From Octopus sinensis (lineage: Eukaryota): a stretch of DNA of 64,000 nt. Of the stretch, positions 1 through 12,026 are shown one piece after another. Position numbers and translations under genes: made by a program. Positions within the stretch are counted from its first letter, which is position 1. Every line of letters starts with the position of its first letter. The stretch is from assembly GCF_006345805.1 (NCBI RefSeq), contig NC_043024.1, positions 18,786,001-18,850,000 on the forward strand. Direction: 5' to 3'. A model generated the notes under the pieces. It ran no database searches. It was given only the letters and a program-made list of their open reading frames with translations, and had not been told where the DNA came from.

Positions 1-379
1 AATTAAACGAACGGGGATACTGATAATGCAGGTACCATACACATTCCCACACACACACTTACTAAACATAGATAGACACAGGGATATACGCATGAGCAGA
101 TAAAGACACATTCAACAGGAATACAAAATGGCAGATCGTTAGTAAGGAGAGACACAAACAAGAAAGAAGAAAACAAAGGAACACTGATGAGGTCACAGGA
201 GTGTGACAAAAGAAATACAATTAATATAAAATAAAGCTGAAGCAAATGAACACTAAATGTATAGTGCGTGTGTTTTCATTGGCTAAACTGGTAACATGAC
301 CATCCCCAATACAACAATATTTGTTTCAACACACGAATTCACATCAAGAATCTTGTAAAATGAATATATAAACGTATAT

Positions 380-860
<481 letters not shown>

Positions 861-1082
861 GAGTTCTTAGTTATAACTGTCTTTACTTTGGTGATTATAC
901 ATAACGATGTCAACACACTTTTAAACATCACGAAGCTGTGTAATTAATCAAAAGTATGCAACAATTCATTAAAAGTTTTGTATTGATCACCCATTAATTA
1001 CATTTACGATTCTTATTTTATTTTCATAAATTTGACTACAGCACATCACTATCGTTTAGAATAATTAAACAAAATTAATATT

Positions 1083-2040
1083 TTAACCCCTCTGATACCA
1101 ATCCACTGGAGGCTGTCTTTAGTTCTATGATAAAAATTTTCTGCTTGTAGACTGATATAAATTAAAATGTTCCATCAAAATTTCATGCCAATTTATTTTT
1201 GAATTCTTCATATTTTCAAAAATTATTTGAAATTAAGTTAGTGTATTTTAACCAAAATATAACAAATTTGTTAAAGTGATCGAAATTAAAATGTTTCATC
1301 CAAATTTCAGTTTCATTTATGCGTGAAATCTTTATTATTTTAAAACTTAATGGAAATAAAAGTGGTGTATTTCAACAGAAATATGGTGACAAAATATGGT
1401 GACAAAAGTGATCTCAGGTAAAACATTCAATCAAAATTTCAGGTTGAATAATGTTTGTATTACTCTTTTACTTGTTTCAGTCATTTTGACTGTGGCCATG
1501 CTGGAGCACAGCCTTTAGTCGATCGAGCAAATCGACCCCAGGACTTATTCTTTGTAAGCCGAGTACTTATTCAATCGGTCTCTTTTGCCAAACCGCTAAG
1601 TTACGGGGATGTAAACACACCAGTATCAGTTGTCAAGTGATGTTGGGGGAACAAACACAGACACACAAACACACACACACACATACATACACACACACAC
1701 ACACATATATACATATATACGATGGGCTTCTTTCAGTTTCCATCTATCAAATCCACTCGCAAGGCTTTGATCGGCCCAAGGCTATAGCAGAAGACACTTG
1801 CCCAAGGTGCCACACAGTGGGTCTGAACCCGGAACCATGTGGTTCGTAAGTAAGCTGCTTACCACACAGCCACTCCTACACCTATTCTTCACTATCTTCA
1901 AAATTAATTGAAAGAAAGGCAGTGGATTTCAACAGATATGGTAACAAAAGAGTTAAAGTGATCTCAGTTAAAACATTCCATCAAAATTAATTTTTAATCT
2001 ATGCTTAATAATCTATCTTAATAATGAGAAATTTATTTTA
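1083..2040. mobile_element. piggyBac-like (TTAA) non-autonomous repeat with ~120-bp subunits, interrupted by a SINE
   Basis: Starts TTAA-CCCCTCTGATACC; subunits end GGTAACAAAAG(A/G)GTTAA; same family as 6889-7107 and 59280-60360. Confidence 0.55.
1461..1882 (-). mobile_element. tRNA-derived SINE, family A (full length)
   Basis: Minus strand has A box TGGCTGTGTGG, a B-box-like motif, CORE-like CCTTGGGCAAGTGTC, internal (CA/TA) tract and tail ...ACTGAAACAAGTAAAAGAGTA; more than 10 copies in the window. Confidence 0.85.
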
Positions 2041-2069
2041 CCGAATTTTTTGCATTAATAGTTTCTAGA

Positions 2070-2345
2070 GTAATGGTATGCAAGCGTTGGACAAAACACA
2101 TTGCTAAAATTGCCAAGAAGGCTGAGGGTGTCTTGGCATCACTCACCAAGTCCTTTGTGAGCCACTCTCCAGCAATCTATCTGAGGTTTATATAGCTATG
2201 GTGTGTCCTCACCTGGAATTTTCATCACCGGTCTGGAACCCCTATCTTACCCAGGATATTAATCATCTGGAAGCCATTCAGCGATGTGCAACCAAGAGAA
2301 TACCCTCCATCAGGCATTTGTCATATTCTGAACATCTTGACATTT
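2070..2345 (+). pseudogene. CR1/L2-clade LINE reverse transcriptase C-terminal fragment
   Basis: Translates to ...AMVCPHLEFSSPVWNPYLTQDINHLEAIQRCATKRIPSIRHLSYSEHL, the typical CR1 RT C-terminal motif (PHLEY..PVW.P..DI..LE.VQR.ATK). Confidence 0.8.
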
Positions 2346-2499
2346 GTACATTACTGCATATGCTTTATACGCACTCTTGACAAGTTGTGGTGCACCTGAG
2401 CATTGTATACAATAATTTCATTATTATTATTATTATAATAGGTGTATAATTACTGATTTCCTTTCTCCTTTTTTTTTTGTTATTATTATTATTATTATT

Positions 2500-2600
2500 C
2501 AGGGTTGATAAATTAAGTACCAGTGTTTCACTGAGGCCAATTTAATCAACTTATCCCCTTTCCCCAAATTTCAGGCCTGCTGTCTATAGTAGAAAGGATT
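2500..2600 (+). mobile_element. Nin/Deu-domain SINE fragment (family C)
   Basis: GGGTTGATAAATTAAGTACCAG matches the family C body at 16048-16640. Confidence 0.6.
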
Positions 2601-2620
2601 ATCATTATTATTATTATTAT

Positions 2621-2958
2621 GTATGGGTTTTTCTACTTCTTTCAAATTTGCTTCCATTTCTTGCCAAGTGTCTTCCCGACTCGTAGGGCAAAGAAACTCA
2701 TAGTATACATTGGTAGGCCATTAAACTAAACTCACTAGTTCGTTCATTTTTTTTTTTTTTTGATAGAAATAAAGATAAATTAAAATACATGGGTAGTAAT
2801 AGTTCTCACATCGACAATGCTCTTCTCAATACGTGTGATGTACCAGTTAAGACTATCTTTTGCACTTCTTGCAGGGATGGTAAGCCAGGGATCATTCTCA
2901 TATAATTTTCGGTTCCCTTCTTGATCATTCCTAGTGCTCCTACGATCACTGGTATGGT
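2621..2958 (-). mobile_element. 3' end of R4/Dong-like RLE non-LTR retrotransposon
   Basis: IPVIVGALGMIKKGTENYMRMIPGLPSLQEVQKIVLTGTSHVLRRALSM*, then a 3'UTR ending in (TAA)n; both flanks are (TAA)n. Confidence 0.7.
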
Positions 2959-2959
2959 A

Positions 2960-2992
<33 letters not shown>

Positions 2993-2993
<1 letters not shown>

Positions 2994-3304
2994 TATGTTT
3001 GACTTTTGCTTTATATTTGTACAAGTTGGCTCCAAGTCTCACCCAGAGACCTCAAGAGACAACAGGTTGGAAGTTCATGTTGTTGTTATGCCTAGTGTGC
3101 CATATATTTGGGTGGGGGGGAGTTTTTGGTGTTGTACTAATGAATGTCTAAAAAAAAAAAAATTTTTTTAAAAACCGAAAATTATGTTTGTTTTAAACCT
3201 TGAGATTACATAGAAAGTATTTTGCGTAGGATATGAGCAGTTCCCATGAGCACTATCTTTTGAATTTCTGCCATTTTGGGGTTTCCTGGTATCTGAGTTA
3301 GGTA

Positions 3305-3305
<1 letters not shown>
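2993..3305 (-). mobile_element. Second R4/Dong-like 3' end (different family)
   Basis: QIPGNPKMAEIQKIVLMGTAHILRKILSM*, homologous to the neighbouring copy but with an unrelated 3'UTR; bounded by (TAA)n on both sides. Confidence 0.7.
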
Positions 3306-3342
<37 letters not shown>

Positions 3343-3745
3343 ACTGTTATTATTGTTGTTATTACTACTACTACTTAATTTGCATTTCCTTTGGGATACA
3401 AATATGTATATTTAAAAGTGATGGTAAGGAAATGAAATTCAGCTGAGACAGTGTTGGCAGAAGAAACTGAGGAATAAAAATGTGACGGAATTGAATTGAA
3501 ACTTGAAAATTATTTAAATTTTACCTTTTCTCTCAACTCACCATTTCTGTCAGTCTGCATCTGCCTGAGACAAATAAATATTGATTATTGGGATTATTGC
3601 AATAAAGTTCAATAATCCCATAAGCAAAACCAATGCAATGTCAGTATTGACCATTCAAAGTATTTAATTTTAGTGTTGTCATAATTTAATCAAATTTTAA
3701 TGAAGCAGAAGATGAGATGAAAAATTAAAACAACAGCAACAACAG

Positions 3746-4150
3746 TGGAGGCACAATGGCCCAATGGTTAGGGCAGTGGATTCACAGTCAGATGATCGCA
3801 GTTTCAATTCCCAAACCGGGTGTTGGGTGTGTTTATTGAGCGAAAACACCTAAAGCTCCACGAGGCTCCAGCAGGGGTTGTGGCGACCCCTGTTGTACTC
3901 TTTCGCCCCAACTTTCTCTCACTCTTTCTTCCTGTTTCTTGTCCCCAACTTCCTATGCAACCGCTGAGTCTGGATGCGCATTCATCCATCCGTCGATGCT
4001 CTCGGTGTCGGGGGGTTGACCTGCTTTCTCTTCTGCGGGTCTTACGAATAGCAAAGGACCATGTTTCGGACTTCTACAGACAATCCTGAGGCGCGATCTT
4101 GTGAGCTCTGGGACGAAGACTGCTTTGCTCAACAAACAAACAAACAAACG
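3746..4150 (+). mobile_element. tRNA-derived SINE, family D head with unique 3' module
   Basis: GTGGAGGCACAATGGCCCAATGGTTAGGGCAG (A box) and GTTTCAATTCCC (B box); (CAAA)n tail; possible GCAACAACA TSD. Confidence 0.75.
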
Positions 4151-4657
4151 GCAACAACAACAAGAAAAATAGATGCTCATGTGGTGATATTGATAAGATG
4201 TTTGTTTAGCTGTGACAGGTTCAATTCTACTGCATGGCACCACTGAAAGAACCAGTACTGATGTTTATAGCAGACTGCTATAATGACTATTATTAGCTTC
4301 CCAATCGCCATTTTCTTTTTCTTCCTTTATATGAATATAAACTATGTTTTTTATACATATACCTATTATTTTAAGGAAATCGTTTCCCCCAGAATACTAG
4401 GTATTGAACCAGTATTTCTTTGGATGAAACCATCCATTCATAAGGTTAATACAACCTCTAATCAAAGTTTATATGTGTGTGTATATATATATATATAGGT
4501 ATACATGCACACACAATCACACACACACAATCACACATACACAGATATTTATATATATATATATATATATTTAATGTAGGATAAAATTTTTTTCGTAAAA
4601 AAAAATTTTATCAATGGCCAGTATATTAAAAAATACCTTTAAAGGTTAATTTTATAA

Positions 4658-4858
4658 ACAACTTATAAATAAGGGCAAACGAAAAAATTTCTAATGCCAA
4701 ATATGCCGAAAATTGGACATATTGTCCATTAACCATATAATTTTTCACAATACACTGGCTGTGTATTGTGAAAAATTATATGGTTAATGGACAATATGTC
4801 CAATTTTCGGCATATTTGGCATTAGAAATTTTTTCGTTTGCCCTTATTTATAAGTTGT
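4658..4858. repeat. Perfect fold-back palindrome, 98-bp arms, 5-nt loop
   Basis: 4658-4755 is the exact reverse complement of 4761-4858; loop TGGCT; right end abuts (AT)n. Confidence 0.95.
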
Positions 4859-4871
4859 ATATATATATATG

Positions 4872-4920
<49 letters not shown>

Positions 4921-5089
4921 TATATATATACACATGTGTGTGTGTGTGTGTATGTGTGTGTATGTGCGTGTGTGTTTGTGTGCATGTGTCAATGTCTCAT
5001 TGTCTTGACTTCATGTGATAATTGTAAACAAGGGTCACTCTCATGCAAACGGAGTCCTTCATTTCCAGTCTTCCATGGAAATATGCCTG

Positions 5090-5250
5090 GTCTTGAAGAA
5101 ATAATCCCCTGTTTGAAATCAGGTAAGGGTTGATAACAGGAAGGGCATCCAGCTGTAGAAAATCTGCCTCAACAAAACTCCATCCAACCCATGCAAGCAT
5201 GGAAACTTAGATGTTAAATATTGATGATGATGATGATGATGGTGATGATG
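5090..5250 (+). mobile_element. RTE-type 3' tail (family B-like)
   Basis: AGGAAGGGCATCCAGCTGTAGAAA ... CCAACCCATGCAAGCATGGAA ... (GAT)n tail. Confidence 0.65.
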
Positions 5251-5820
5251 ATAAGCTTTTGAGCTATTATTTCTAGCAGACTGAGTAAGCCTTGTCATTT
5301 AACCCTTGGCTTAGCTCTCTGATCAAAGCATTTACTCCTTAGTCTTTTACTCTTTTACTTGTTTCAGTCGTTTGACAGTGTCCATGCTGGAGCACCGCCT
5401 TTAGTCGAGCAAATCGACCCCAGGACTTATTCATTGTAAGCCTAATACTTATTCTGTCGGTCGCTTTTGCCAAACAGCTAAGTTATGGGGATGTAAACAC
5501 ATCAGCATTGGTTGTGAAACGATGTTGGGGGGACAAACACAAACACACAAACATATACACACACATACATACATATATATATATATATATACATATATAA
5601 TTAATCAATTTAGGGTAGCAAAAAATTCAATAGAAATTTATCGCTACCAGCGGTCTAGTGGGAAAGAGAAAATAGTCAAAGACTAAATATATAAATTTAA
5701 CAATTAAGGAATGGCCTTAATAGGCCATTCGTCCACTAGAAAGAGCAGCCAGGACTCAAACCGCTAAGTAGTAGTAATTCAGAAATTAGGTGAAAATTTA
5801 AAAACGTTTACCCTAATTCA

Positions 5821-5919
5821 TCTTTAGACGATGCATCGTTTCAGTGTTTTTAATGGTAAACCAGCTTAATTAAATTAAATTAAGTCAATCTACCATAGGT
5901 TACACTTCATCAGTAAAGA
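5821..5919 (-). ncRNA. Type I hammerhead ribozyme, canonical core
   Basis: Minus strand: stem I UCUUUA / CUGAUGA / stem II AGUGU..ACACU (extended by AUGGUA:UACCAU and CUUAAUU:AAUUAAG) / GAAA / palindromic stem III CGAUGCAUCG / UC / UAAAGA. Predicted cut between 5827 and 5826. Confidence 0.85.
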
Positions 5920-6176
5920 AACCAGGAGAGACGGATATACACGAGGCGTCTGTATCAATGCCCTCGGAATATCTGCCTATTTAGTATTTAGTCTTTGACT
6001 ATTTTCTCTTTCCCACTAGACCGCTGGTAGCGATAAATTTCTATTGAATTTTTTGCTACCCTAAATTGATTAATTGATGATTTTCTGACTAATTCTGAGA
6101 TTGAATCGGCAGTTTATATTTACTGCTGATAAGTTGGCGCGAATACGATGGTCTTGTATATCCGTCTCTCCTGGTT

Positions 6177-6275
6177 TCTTTACTAATGAAGTGTAACCTA
6201 TGGTAGATTGACTTAATTTAATTTAATTAAGCTGGTTTACCATTAAAAACACTGAAACAATGCATCGTCTAAAGA
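6177..6275 (+). pseudogene. Mutated copy of the 5821-5919 hammerhead
   Basis: Core CUAAUGA (G5A at 6185) and a stem III G>A at 6259. Confidence 0.8.
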
Positions 6276-6888
6276 TGAATTAGGGTAAACGTTTTTAAAT
6301 TTTCACCTAATTTCTGAATTACTACTACTTAGCGGTTTGAGTCCTGGCTGCTCTTTCTAGTGGACGAATGGCTTATTAAGGCCATTCCTTAATTGTTAAA
6401 TATATACATATATACGACAGGCTTCTTTCAGTTTCCATCTACCAAATCCACTCACAAGGCTTTGGTCAACCCGAGGCTATGGTAGAAGGCTTTAGTCGAG
6501 CAAATCGACCCCAGGGCTTATTCTTTGTAAGCCTAGTACTTATTCTATCGGTCTCTTTTGCCGAACCGCTAAGTGACGGGGACATAAACACATAAACACA
6601 CCAGTATCGGTTGTCAAGCAATGCTAGGGGGGACAAACACACACAAACATATACATACACATACGTATATATATATATATACACATATATACGATGGGCT
6701 TCTTTCAGTTTCCGTCAACTAAATCCACTCACAAGGCTTTGGTCGGCCCAAGGCTATAGTAGAAGGCACTAGCCCAAGGTTCCACGCAGTGGGACTGAAC
6801 CCAGAACCATGTAGCTCGTAAGCAAGCAACTTACCACACAGCCACTCCTACGCCTATTGATTGCCAATATTTTTTCATTTCTTTTTAA

Positions 6889-7107
6889 TCCTTTCGATAC
6901 CAACCTGGCTGAAACCGGCTCTGGCTCTGTAGTACAAATGTCTTGTTTTCATAAATTTTGAATTAAAATCTTTCCCCAAACCTTAGTCACAATTTATGTT
7001 CCTAACACTAGCTGAATGATAACCAAGTTATTTTGCTAAATTCTTTGCGATATCTAAAATAATTGAGAGAAACACAGCATCTCAAAATAAATGCGGTAAC
7101 GAAAGGG
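6889..7107. mobile_element. piggyBac-type MITE
   Basis: TTAA at 6885-6888 and 7108-7111; TIRs TCCTTTCGATACC / GGTAACGAAAGGG (11 of 13 match). Confidence 0.8.
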
Positions 7108-8130
7108 TTAAACTAGTAAGGTTTTTGGCTGCTGTTTCTAGCACATCGAACGACGACATGGATGCTCTCCCTCTCTTTGACTCATCATAGACAAACGTAG
7201 TAATGGCCACTTGAAAGATTAAAGTGAAGAATATAAGAAGCAAACATCTGCTTCCAGTATATGGAAATATTTCAGCCAAAGACAATAGTTTATGAGGAAA
7301 GTAAGATAAAAGTAAAAATAAAACAATATAAAAATATATATTAGAAATAAGAAATTGCTCTTAATTGCTTCCAAATGACAGAAAATTCTTTTCTAAGAAG
7401 AAAATTAATGGATGCAAAGAATTTTATTCCAAAGAAACAGACAATACAAAAGGAGTTGTGTTGTTGTTTGTTATTTTCTTTCCACTTCTCACCGTTAAAA
7501 TGCAATTAAAACGGTAAAGAATTGATGGTGCTAAATATAATTGCAGAGATTGCTGGGGAATCACCAAAAAAAAAAAAAAAATAGAACTATAGATTGCACC
7601 ATCCTTCTCTTCACTAATTGTTCTTCAGAAATTAAGATGAAATCTCTTCAATTAAATTTACTTATCTAATCTGAAGAATTTGCACAAATAAATTGTCTTA
7701 TGGCTCTGGCTTAAGCCATTCTGAGTAAATTTCATGTGGAATCACAAGAAATCAATGTTTTGCGTCTTTTGTGAGCCAAATTCTTGAATTCTTCATATGT
7801 GCAGAAGCATAATTGAGTCAATTACTTCATGATTGGAACCTAGGTTCTCAAAATAATCTTGTTTTTTTTTTCCTTTCTCTATCGCAATCTCTACTTTTAG
7901 AAATCAGATTCTTCTCAGACATGATTTTCTTTATGGTTGTATTACAGAAAAGTTTCAATGAGGGCGGTCTGTGAGTGTGTGTGTGTGTGGGGTGGGAAGA
8001 TGTAAGGTAAGTAGTTTGCTTTCCAGCTATTGTAGTTCAAGATTACCTTGAGCAAATGTTTTCTACTACAGCCCTGGGCCAACCAAAGCCATGTGAGTTG
8101 ATTTGGTAGATGGGAACCGAAAGAAGCCTG

Positions 8131-8164
<34 letters not shown>

Positions 8165-8168
<4 letters not shown>

Positions 8169-8349
8169 TCCTCCTCCTCATCATCGTTTAACGTCCGTTT
8201 TCCAAGCTAGCATGGGTTGGATCGTTCAACTGGGGTCTGGGAAGCCAGAAGGCTGCATCAGGCCCAGTCTGATCTGGCAGTGTTTCTACAGCTGGATGCC
8301 CTTCCTAACGCCAACCACTCCGTGAGTGTAGTGGGTGCTTTTTACGTGT

Positions 8350-8350
<1 letters not shown>
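8165..8350 (-). mobile_element. RTE 3'UTR short copy (family B)
   Basis: CATCGTTTAACGTCCGTTTTCC...GCTGGATGCCCTTCCTAACGCCAACCACTCC, the same as the 3'UTR of the RTE at 36845-38065. Confidence 0.85.
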
Positions 8351-8410
<60 letters not shown>

Positions 8411-8446
8411 TGAGAGAGTTGGTGTGTGAAAGCACGTGGCTGGATG

Positions 8447-8745
8447 TATAAAAAATAGAAAAGAGTGTAAAAACTACAGAAGGCTTATTTTATAAGGTTA
8501 AAGAATATATTTAAGTCATTATGCTAGAAAAATGTTATAAAATTTTGTGCATAGTAACATAGCGAAGACATGACACGATGTAGGTAAAGAAATTTGAGAA
8601 AATTGAAAAGAAAATATGAAACCGGTTATTTTTCCAAAAACTATGTTACTATACACAAAATTTTCTAACATTTTTCTAACATAACGACTTAAATATATTC
8701 TTTAACCTTATAACACAAGCCTTCTATAATTTCTTCACTCTTTTT

Positions 8746-8753
<8 letters not shown>
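8447..8753. repeat. Inverted repeat, ~115-bp arms, 78-nt spacer
   Basis: 8447-8562 versus 8641-8753, roughly 85-90% identical by eye; lies between (AT)n tracts. Confidence 0.85.
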
Positions 8754-8787
<34 letters not shown>

Positions 8788-8789
<2 letters not shown>

Positions 8790-9685
8790 AGAGGTGGTAT
8801 CAACTAGTTCTATAGTGTGCCAACAGATCGCAGCACAAGGTTGTATGCAGTGAGAGCTTGTAGTGACCTTCATGAGACAGTGTGCACAGTGACATTTCTG
8901 TGTTTACTTCACAAGTTGGGAAATTTGTGTGTTTTTGTGATTAGGTGTATGCTGTAGTCTATGGATTTTGTCATGGAGAGGTACAAAGAACAAATGGGAA
9001 ACTTTGCATTAAATTTTGGGAGTCTGTTACAGAGACAATGAACATTCTTCGGCAAGATTATGGCAATGGGGCACCCTGGGGTGTACACAATGTTTTGAGT
9101 GGCACGGGTGCTTTAAAAATGGAAGAACATCCCTAGAAGACAATGAGTCATCTGGAAAAGCTACTATGAGCTTCGTCCCTGAAAATGTGGTCTCATTGCA
9201 TTGTGAATTAAGCCCATCCTCCCAGGGCCAGACCATCAATCAAAAGTTCTACTGCAACATTTTGAAATGCTTAAAGGAGGACATTTGGTGAAAGGGACTG
9301 GATTTGTTGAGCATGGAAAATTGGATTCTACAGGGTGACAAAACACACCCTGTCATCAAACTCTCCTCACCTGCGGATTTCTTGCTAAAAACAACATGGT
9401 ATCACTTCTGCACCCACCTTATTCCCCACATTTAGCACCTGGAGACTTCTATCTCTTCCCCAAGAGGAAAATGCACTTCAGAGATCACGTTTTAACACTG
9501 TTGTTGAAATCTAGAACCAATCACAGAAAGTCCTCAGCTCACAGAAAATGACTTCCAAGTCAGATTCCAAAAGTGGTAAGAATGCTGGCACTGGTGTATT
9601 GCTGCACAATGGGACTGTTTCAGAGGAGATGATGTTAAAACTTAGGTAAATAAGTTATGTTTTATTTATTAAACATAACTAGTCC
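8788..9685 (+). mobile_element. Internally deleted mariner transposon
   Basis: HTH region (TETMNILRQDYGN...TQCFEWHGCFKNGRTSLEDNESSG) joined to QGQTINQKFYCNILKCL and HPPYSPHLAPGDFYLFPK (YSPDLAP motif); frameshifts. Confidence 0.85.
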
Positions 9686-10340
9686 TTCCACGTTTTGTTC
9701 CGTGGACTGTGCTTCTGCTCTCTCTCCCTGCACCTGCCCCACCGTTGCTTGTCTCCCATTTCTTCTCACTTACCACCTCTCCCCCTCCAACGCACCATTC
9801 TCTGAGCCTTCTGGTATCCCCAGTTCAACCTCTCCACCTCGCACATCTTATCTAACTTACCCCTTTCCTCCTTCAAACGAGCCCACAACCTGTGTGACCC
9901 CCTGATCCACAGTTTCTACCCTAACCCCTCCTCCCAACCTGGCTCGTTCCCCTACTTCCATCCACACTGCCTCACTTGCCCCTGCCTCTCCAGCACCAAC
10001 ATCACAAGCAACCATCATCGTTCCTATCATATCACTGACGCCTATACCTGCACTTCTAGCAATATCATTCACTGCATCTCCTGCTCTTTCTGCCCTTATC
10101 TATACATTGGTCAAATGGGAGGCTGCTTGGCTGACCAGTTCGTGGAGCACTTCCGAGACATCAGACTCGGCAACGATACCCTGGTCTCGTGCCATTTCTG
10201 CTATACCGGTCGTTTACTACAACACCTGTCTGTGTTCGGATTGTCTTTAGCACAAGGACCATCCAGACATTCGCCTTTGCTGTGAATAGGAAATCATCTT
10301 CTCTCTTCGCTCTTTTGCCCCACATGGGCTCAACTCCCCT
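9686..10340 (+). pseudogene. Penelope-like element RT-thumb/GIY-YIG endonuclease remnant
   Basis: LPFLLTYH, then YTCTSSNIIHCISCSFCPYLYIGQMGGCLADQFVEHFRDIRL...HF...LSVFGL...EIIFSL..FAPHGLN. Confidence 0.85.
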
Positions 10341-10957
10341 TCTCTCCTCTCTTCATCTGATACCTACTTCCTCTCTTCACTCCTACTCACCTCTACTCTC
10401 CTCTCTTGCTCTGACACCTACTTCCTCTCTCCACTCCTACCTACATTCTCTCTCCATTGATACCCCTCCATCCATACCCCACACCTGCACCCCACTCCCA
10501 CATACCCTACCTCTATCTCACACCTCCACCTGCATCCCCACCCTAAGCCACACCACACACCACCACTCCACACCACACTCCACACACTAGCACCAACAGC
10601 TTCCCAGTACCCACACCACACACCCACACATTACAGATGCACACACTTACACATGCACACATGCACACATCCACACATCAGAAAAACTGAAAGACAGAAA
10701 CTATGATAGAAGACACTTGTTGAACAAGTGACGTGCAGTTGAATTGAACCGAGAATCACCTGGACGAGAAACACAAGTTTTCTAATCAGACAACTATTAT
10801 AACCAAAATTCGAGCAACAGGCACCAAATTACAGACTAAGATGTATCCTTCTGATAATGTTAAAAAAATCCTGCCAGCGTCTGTATGGAGCTGCAATCAT
10901 TTATCTAGCACAAAAGTATTGACTTAATTTCAGAGATCACTGCCCAACAGTTTTGCA

Positions 10958-10958
10958 C

Positions 10959-11011
<53 letters not shown>

Positions 11012-11057
11012 CAATAACAATAACAATAATAATAATACGAATAATAATAATAATATA

Positions 11058-11089
<32 letters not shown>

Positions 11090-11234
11090 TAATAATAATA
11101 AAATAATAGTAATAAGAGTAATAATAATAATAACAATAATAATAATAATAATAATAGTAATAATAATAATAATAATAATAGTAATAATAGTAATAATAAT
11201 AGTAATAATAGTAATAATAATAATAATAATAATA

Positions 11235-11265
<31 letters not shown>

Positions 11266-11380
11266 TAGTAATAATAATAATAATAATAATAGTAATAATA
11301 ATAATAGTAATAGTAGTAATAATAATAATAGTAATAATAGTAATAATAATAATAATAATAACAATGATAACAACAACAAC

Positions 11381-11412
<32 letters not shown>

Positions 11413-11456
11413 TAATAATAATAATGATAATAATTATAATATAAAATAAAACTACA

Positions 11457-11544
<88 letters not shown>

Positions 11545-11692
11545 TAATAATAATAATAATAATAGTATAAGAGTAATAATAATAATAACAACAATAACAA
11601 TAACAATAATAATAGTAATAATAATAATAATAATAATAGTAATAATAGTAATAATAATAGTAATAATAGTAATAATAATAATAATAATAATA

Positions 11693-11723
<31 letters not shown>

Positions 11724-11946
11724 TAGTAATAATAATAATAATAATCATAGTAATAATAATAATAATAGTAATAGTAGTAATAATAATAATAGTAATAATA
11801 GTAATATAATAATAATACTAATAATAATAATAACAACAATAACAATAACAATAATAATAATAATAATAATAATGATAATAATAATAATGATATAATATTA
11901 TAATATAAAATAAAACTACAGAATAATAATAATAATAATAATAATA

Positions 11947-12020
<74 letters not shown>
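10958..12020. repeat. ~1-kb (AAT)n microsatellite with internal block duplications
   Basis: Non-repeat island ATAAAATAAAACTACAG occurs at ~11441 and ~11906; poly-N/I/Y/L ORFs are artefacts. Confidence 0.95.

Positions 12021-12026
<6 letters not shown>

Larger units (their letters stand above)
5599..6401. mobile_element. PLE-derived insertion with interleaved inverted repeats (A B x A' y B')
   Basis: A 5599-5688 is the reverse complement of ~5985-6075; B ~5695-5941 is the reverse complement of ~6156-6401 (3 differences); B contains a hammerhead. Confidence 0.8.
5345..6855 (-). mobile_element. Two family A SINE copies; one is split by the 5599-6401 insertion in its internal (TA)n
   Basis: Tail half at 5345-5598 resumes at ~6405 (ACGACAGGCTTCTTTCAGTTTCC); second copy at ~6490-6855. 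Confidence 0.8.
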
